Shown here in pieces: positions 59,443 to 64,000 of a stretch of DNA of 64,000 nt. A model generated the notes under the pieces. The model was not told where the DNA came from. It was given only the letters and a program-made list of their open reading frames with translations, and did no database searches. Positions within the stretch are counted from its first letter, which is position 1. Each line of letters opens with the position of its first letter. The stretch covers positions 1-64,000 of the forward strand of contig JBLNDL010000067.1 of NCBI GenBank assembly GCA_050261575.1. Reading direction: 5' to 3'. The DNA comes from Sphingomonadaceae bacterium. GTDB lineage: Bacteria; Chloroflexota; UBA6077. The position numbers and the translations under genes are program-made.

Positions 59443-61611
59443 ATGTCGGTGGACAAGTTCCTGTATCGGCCAGGGCCGAAGGAATACGACTTCCTCAACC
59501 GGGGGTTCGCGCCGGAGGATTGGACCACCGACGCGCCCATCGACAGGCTGGTGCCCACCCACTGCTGTTTCTGCGGGGTCCAGTGCGCCATGTACCTGAA
59601 GGTCTCGCGCGGGAAGGTGGTGGGGGTCGAGCCTCGGGAGGACTTCCCCGTCAACCAGGGCCGTCTCTGCCCCAAGGGGGTGGTGGCCTACCAGCAGGTC
59701 AATCACCCCGACCGGCTCCTCTACCCCCTTGTCCGTCGCAACGGCCGACTGGAGCGGACCACCTGGGACGAGGCGATGTCGCTGATCGCGGAGCGGATCG
59801 AGACGATCCAGGCCGCCCATGGCAAGGACGCCGTCGCGATGTATGGCGGCTCCTCCCTGACGACGGAGAAGACCTACCTGATCGGCAAGTTCGCCAGGGT
59901 CGCCCTGGGCACCCGCCACTGCGACTACAACGGGCGGCTGTGCATGACCTCGGCTGCCGGCGCCAACCTGCTGGCGTTCAACGTCGACCGGCCGGCCAAT
60001 CCCATCTCCGACATCCTGCTGACCGACTGCCTCCTGGTGATCGGCAGCAACATCCCGGAGACCTTCCCGGTGGCCATCTACTTCCCCTGGATGGCCCGCG
60101 ACCGCAGCGCGAAGCTGATAGTCGTCGACCCCCGGGAGACCCAACTCGCGCGCACGGCCGACGTCTTCCTCCAGATCCGTCCCGGTAGCGACCTCGCCTT
60201 GCTCAACAGCCTGCTGCACGTCTGCATCGAGGAGGGCTACACCAACCCCGACTTCATCGCCAACCACACGCGGGGCTTCGAGGCGGTGCGGGACACCGTG
60301 AGGCACTACCCGCCGGAGAGGGCCGCCGAGATCTGCGGCGTACCGCCGGAGCAGATCGTCGCAGCCGCTCGCCTCTACGGTCGGACGGAGAAGGCGATGG
60401 TGGTTCACGCCCGGGGGCTGGAGCACCAGTCCAAGGGGGTCGACAACTGCCTGGCGGCCATCAACCTGGTACTGGCCACGGGCAAGATCGGTCGCCCCGG
60501 TGTGGGCTACGGGACCCTCACCGGCCAGGGGAACGGACAGGGCGGCCGTGAGCAGGGCCAGAAGGCGGACCAGCTCCCCGGCCAGCGGCACATCGACAAC
60601 CCCGAGCACCGGCGCTACGTCGCGGGGGTCTGGGGCATCCCGGAGGAGGAGCTGCCGCACAAAGGCGCCTCCGCGGTGGAGATGCTGGAGTTGATGCACC
60701 GAGGCGAGATTCGGGCCATGATCGCCATATGCAACAACCCCATGGTCTCGATGCCCAACCTCAACTGGGCAGGGGAAGCCCTATCGCGACTGGAGCTGTA
60801 CGTCGCGATCGACTTCTTCCTCTCGGACAGCGCCGCTCGATACGCCCACGTGGTACTGCCAGGCAGCACGTGGGCGGAGGATGAGGGGGTGGTGGCCAAC
60901 TTCGAGGCGCGCGTCATAAAGTGGAACAAGGCGGTCGTCCCGCCGGGTGAGGCCCGGATCGACTGGCAGATCCTGGTGGAGCTCGCCGAGCGGCTGGGGC
61001 GCGGCCAGTTCTTCCGGTTCGGCTCTCCCCGAGAGATCTTCGACGAGATGCGAGTGGCCTCCCACGGCGGCGCCGCCGACTACCACGGCATGAGCTACGA
61101 GCGGATCGAGGCGGAGAACGGCATCTTCTGGCCCTGCCCGGAGCCCGGCCACCCGGGCACCCCACGGATGTTCGAGGACTACCACTTCTACCATCCAGAT
61201 GGCCGGGCAGTCTTCAAGGCCGTGGAGCACCGTCCGCCGGCGGAGCTCCCCGACGACGAGTACCCACTGCTCCTCTCCACAGGCAGGGTGGTCTACCACT
61301 ACCTGTCGGGCAACCAAACCCGCCGCCTCGGCTTCCTGGCCGAGGAGGCGCCGGAGCCCTGGGTGGAGATCCACCCGGACACGGCGGCGCGCCTCGGCAT
61401 TCGGGACGGTTCCCCCTGCAGGGTGGTAACCAGGCGAGGCGAAGCCACGCTGCGCGCGCTGGTGGCAAGGACCGTTCGACCGGACACCATCTTCGTGCCC
61501 TACCACTGGCCGATTCCTGAGGCAGCTAACCTGCTCACCAACAACGCACTGGACCCCGTCTCCAAGATCCCAGAGTACAAGGTCTGTGCGGCACGGGTGG
61601 AGCCCGCCTGA
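59443..61611 (+). CDS. Molybdopterin oxidoreductase, Nas/NarB/NapA-like nitrate reductase catalytic subunit (no Tat signal)
   Basis: HCCFCGVQC...LCPKG 4Fe-4S; YNGRLCMTSA (Cys Mo ligand); TGQGNGQGGRE; DPVSKIPEYKVCA; NarK in the same operon. Confidence 0.82.
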   Translation: MSVDKFLYRPGPKEYDFLNRGFAPEDWTTDAPIDRLVPTHCCFCGVQCAMYLKVSRGKVVGVEPREDFPVNQGRLCPKGVVAYQQVNHPDRLLYPLVRRNGRLERTTWDEAMSLIAERIETIQAAHGKDAVAMYGGSSLTTEKTYLIGKFARVALGTRHCDYNGRLCMTSAAGANLLAFNVDRPANPISDILLTDCLLVIGSNIPETFPVAIYFPWMARDRSAKLIVVDPRETQLARTADVFLQIRPGSDLALLNSLLHVCIEEGYTNPDFIANHTRGFEAVRDTVRHYPPERAAEICGVPPEQIVAAARLYGRTEKAMVVHARGLEHQSKGVDNCLAAINLVLATGKIGRPGVGYGTLTGQGNGQGGREQGQKADQLPGQRHIDNPEHRRYVAGVWGIPEEELPHKGASAVEMLELMHRGEIRAMIAICNNPMVSMPNLNWAGEALSRLELYVAIDFFLSDSAARYAHVVLPGSTWAEDEGVVANFEARVIKWNKAVVPPGEARIDWQILVELAERLGRGQFFRFGSPREIFDEMRVASHGGAADYHGMSYERIEAENGIFWPCPEPGHPGTPRMFEDYHFYHPDGRAVFKAVEHRPPAELPDDEYPLLLSTGRVVYHYLSGNQTRRLGFLAEEAPEPWVEIHPDTAARLGIRDGSPCRVVTRRGEATLRALVARTVRPDTIFVPYHWPIPEAANLLTNNALDPVSKIPEYKVCAARVEPA

Positions 61612-61612
61612 T

Positions 61613-62242
61613 ATGGATGCCACCGACCGCACCATGTTCCTGGATCCACAGCACTGCATCGGCTGCCGCGCCTGCGTCGCTGGCTGCCGGGAGTGCGAGA
61701 GCCACCGGGGGAAGTCCATGATCTTCATCGACTTCCTGGAGCGAGACTACAGCTTCGCCACCTCGCCAACCCTCTGCATGCACTGCCAGGACCCACCTGC
61801 CCCGTGCGCCCAGGTGTGCCCTACGCAGGCCATACTCATCAGGCCCGACGGCATCGTGCAGGAGGCACTGAAGGAGCGGTGCATCGCCTGCGAGAACTGC
61901 GTCCACGCCTGCCCATTCGGCGTGCCGAAGCTGGCCCAGCCGGAGCTGCTGCAGTACAAGTGCAACCTATGCTTCGACCGTGTGGAGGCAGGCAAGAAGC
62001 CGATGTGCGCCACCGTCTGCCCCAGCGGCGCCATATTCTTCGGTAGCTACCAGGAGTTCACGGCGCGCCAGCGAGGCCGCCCGGTGAACGTGCACCGCTT
62101 CGGCCGCCAGAGTGTGCGAACGAGGGTGTACGTGATGGCACCTCCAGGGGTGGAGGAGCTGCCAGTGGAGCAGTTGCCCGACTACAGCGAGGCGCTCACC
62201 GCCGAGCCGCAGGCGACCGACTCAGCTGAGAGGCCACGATAG
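61613..62242 (+). CDS. 4Fe-4S dicluster protein (DmsB/NrfC-like)
   Basis: CIGCRACVAGC, CMHC..PCAQVCP, CIACENCVHACP, KCNLC...CATVCP. Confidence 0.9.
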   Translation: MDATDRTMFLDPQHCIGCRACVAGCRECESHRGKSMIFIDFLERDYSFATSPTLCMHCQDPPAPCAQVCPTQAILIRPDGIVQEALKERCIACENCVHACPFGVPKLAQPELLQYKCNLCFDRVEAGKKPMCATVCPSGAIFFGSYQEFTARQRGRPVNVHRFGRQSVRTRVYVMAPPGVEELPVEQLPDYSEALTAEPQATDSAERPR

Positions 62243-62320
62243 ATCCACAGACGTCGCAGGCTTGCGCAGAATGGTGCCCTCCAGATCGGCATCTGCGACC
62301 CTCTGCGTGCATCTGCGGGT
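62243..62320. repeat. Nonamer-based imperfect inverted repeat (cgcaga.../...atctgcg)
   Basis: ccacagacgtcgcaggcttgcgcaga ... atctgcgaccctctgcgtgcatctgcggg. Confidence 0.5.
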
Positions 62321-62381
62321 AGGTCGTGTTGGGGACTAGGACGCGCGATTCCTGGTAGGGCACGATAAGGAGGAATGCTGA

Positions 62382-62897
62382 ATGAATCTGGACGAGCAGC
62401 GACGCCGCCACCCCAGGGCTCAGCGATACCCCTACCACACACTGGATTTCCCATACCAGCGCGACCTCGACAGCTACGTCACCCGGCGCGACTACCTGCG
62501 GTTGCTGGTCTTCACCTCCTTCGGTCTCTTCCTCGGGACCGCCGCCATCGCCGCGGTGGCGCGACTCCCGCGACAGCCCGCGCCGCCGCTGCGGGTCGCA
62601 GGGATCGGCGACATACCGGAAGGGGAGGCTCTCCAGTTCCACTATCCCACGCCAGACGACCCCGCCATCCTGATACACCTGCCGGGCGGCCGGTTCGTGG
62701 CCTACAGCCAGCTATGCACCCACCTCGCCTGCGCCGTTCTGTGGGACTCCGGCCGGCGAGTGCTGGAGTGTCCCTGCCACGAGGGGTTCTTCGACCCTGA
62801 GACCGGCCGGGTCCTTGCTGGCCCACCCCCCCGGCCACTGCCGAGGATCGATCTCAGGATCGAGGGCCAGGATCTCATCGCCTTCCAGGAGGTCTGA
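62382..62897 (+). CDS. Membrane-anchored Rieske 2Fe-2S protein
   Basis: TRRDYLRLL followed by a TM segment; CTHLAC and CPCHEG; GPPPRPL. Confidence 0.92.
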   Translation: MNLDEQRRRHPRAQRYPYHTLDFPYQRDLDSYVTRRDYLRLLVFTSFGLFLGTAAIAAVARLPRQPAPPLRVAGIGDIPEGEALQFHYPTPDDPAILIHLPGGRFVAYSQLCTHLACAVLWDSGRRVLECPCHEGFFDPETGRVLAGPPPRPLPRIDLRIEGQDLIAFQEV

Positions 62898-62899
62898 GA

Positions 62900-63133
62900 A
62901 TGGCAGCACGTCCCGGCTTCGACCCCGAGCAGCGCGGAAGTTCCGGCTGGATGGCGGTGATCAATGGGCTCCTGGCAGGGGTGATTATGCTGGTGATCCT
63001 GCAGCTCTGGCTGCTGACGGTGGCGCTGGATGCTCTGCTGGCCGGCAACCTCGCCGAGACGGCGGGCCTGGCTGTGGCCTCGGGCCTCGCCTTCCTGGGT
63101 TGCCTGGGAGCGCTGTCAGTGGCGCGCCGATGA
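62900..63133 (+). CDS. Small 2-TM membrane protein (DUF6755-like)
   Basis: LVILQLWLLTVALDALLAG; translationally coupled to narK. Confidence 0.65.
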   Translation: MAARPGFDPEQRGSSGWMAVINGLLAGVIMLVILQLWLLTVALDALLAGNLAETAGLAVASGLAFLGCLGALSVARR

Positions 63134-64000
63134 CGCGCGAAAGGGCCCGGACGGAGGCCGATCTCCCCTCCTGGGGGGCGCTGGCGCTGGCCACCGCCGC
63201 CTTCGCCCTCTGCTTCGCCGTGTGGGGCTCGATCGCGCCCCTGGCCCCCAAGTTCGCCCACGTCCTCTCCCTCTCCGCCACCGAGACTGGAGTACTGATC
63301 GCGGTGCCGGTGCTACTGGGCTCCGTCGCCCGCATCCCCACCGGGCTGCTCGCCGACCGCTACGGCGGCAGGCGCGTCTTCACCGGCCTCCTGCTCTTCC
63401 TTCTCCTCCCAGTGGCGCTCATCGGCACCGCCACATCCTACGTTGCGCTCCTCTTCTGGGGCTTCTGGCTGGGAGTGGCCGGAGCATCCTTCTCCGTGGG
63501 CATACCTTACGTGGCCCGCTGGTTCCCGCCGGAGCGGCAGGGCACAGCCCTCGGCATCTACGGTATGGGGAACATAGGCACCGCCCTGGCGGCCTTTCTC
63601 TTCCCATGGATCGCCGCCCGCTTCGGCTGGCCCGCCGCATTCTGGGTCTTCCTTCCGCCCCTCGCCCTCATGGCGGCACTGTTCTGGTTCCTGGGCCGCG
63701 AAGCCCCATGGCCAGCCGGGCCACCTGCCTCCTTCTCCGCCCAGTTCGATCTGATGCGCACCCAACCCCTCACGTGGGCACTCAGCCTCTTCTACTTCGG
63801 CACCTTCGGGGGCTTCGTCGCCCTCTCCATCTACCTCCCCACCTTCCTCGTCCAGGCATACGGACTCGACCTACCGGACGCCGCCGCTCGTGCAGCGGGG
63901 TTCGTGGTGCTGGCCACTCTGGCACGGCCCCTGGGCGGGCTTCTGTCCGACCGAATCGGCGGGGCACGTGTGCTGGATGTGGTGTTCCCCGTAGTCGCAC
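63130..64000 (+). CDS. narK: NarK-family nitrate/nitrite MFS transporter (3'-truncated by the window end)
   Basis: My translation from ATG 63130 gives FALCFAVWG, PVLLGSVARIPTGLLADRYGGR, GASFSVGIPYVARWFPPERQGTALGIYGMGNIG, YFGTFGGF. Confidence 0.88.
   Translation, partial: MTRERARTEADLPSWGALALATAAFALCFAVWGSIAPLAPKFAHVLSLSATETGVLIAVPVLLGSVARIPTGLLADRYGGRRVFTGLLLFLLLPVALIGTATSYVALLFWGFWLGVAGASFSVGIPYVARWFPPERQGTALGIYGMGNIGTALAAFLFPWIAARFGWPAAFWVFLPPLALMAALFWFLGREAPWPAGPPASFSAQFDLMRTQPLTWALSLFYFGTFGGFVALSIYLPTFLVQAYGLDLPDAAARAAGFVVLATLARPLGGLLSDRIGGARVLDVVFPVVA

Noticed and set aside
58951..60699. 582-aa minus-strand ORF and similar long antisense ORFs across the window
   Set aside because: Shadows of well-supported genes on the opposite strand.
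59443..62897. Arsenite oxidase (AioAB) because of the Mo enzyme plus Rieske pairing
   Set aside because: The Mo subunit has a four-Cys 4Fe-4S motif and a Cys ligand motif (RLCM) of the Nas/Nap type, and NarK is in the operon.

Overview
High-GC bacterial window. The gene content suggests a monoderm, probably a member of Chloroflexota (inference). It has four parts. (1) 1-46077: a very large cell-envelope glycosylation locus with about 12 GT4/GT2 enzymes, five GT-C/YfhO-type membrane glycosyltransferases, a Wzx flippase, a WcaJ-type priming transferase, WbpB/D/E-type diamino-uronic acid genes, methyltransferases, two radical SAM/SPASM enzymes and a clan GH-A hydrolase. (2) About 46.1-52.2 kb: a lower-GC island with what looks like a ComQXPA-type prenylated-peptide quorum-sensing system in the order comX-comQ-comP-comA. 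It comprises a 63-aa precursor ending ...PTLWM, a ComQ-like Trp prenyltransferase, a PDZ/HisKA_3 kinase split by a 1-nt frameshift and a LuxR-type regulator. A shared palindromic box lies upstream of both the peptide gene and a convergent secreted-protein plus membrane-protein pair, the candidate regulated output. (3) 52.2-57.8 kb, minus strand: Ni-CODH cooS-cooF-FAD/NAD oxidoreductase, and a GlcD-like oxidase. (4) 58.4-64 kb: an unusual nitrate-reductase module (cytochrome-b-like membrane protein, Nas/Nap-type Mo enzyme, 4Fe-4S protein, Rieske protein, small membrane protein, NarK). Intergenic regions carry several REP-like and short-repeat elements. I saw no RNA genes, transposases or CRISPR array.
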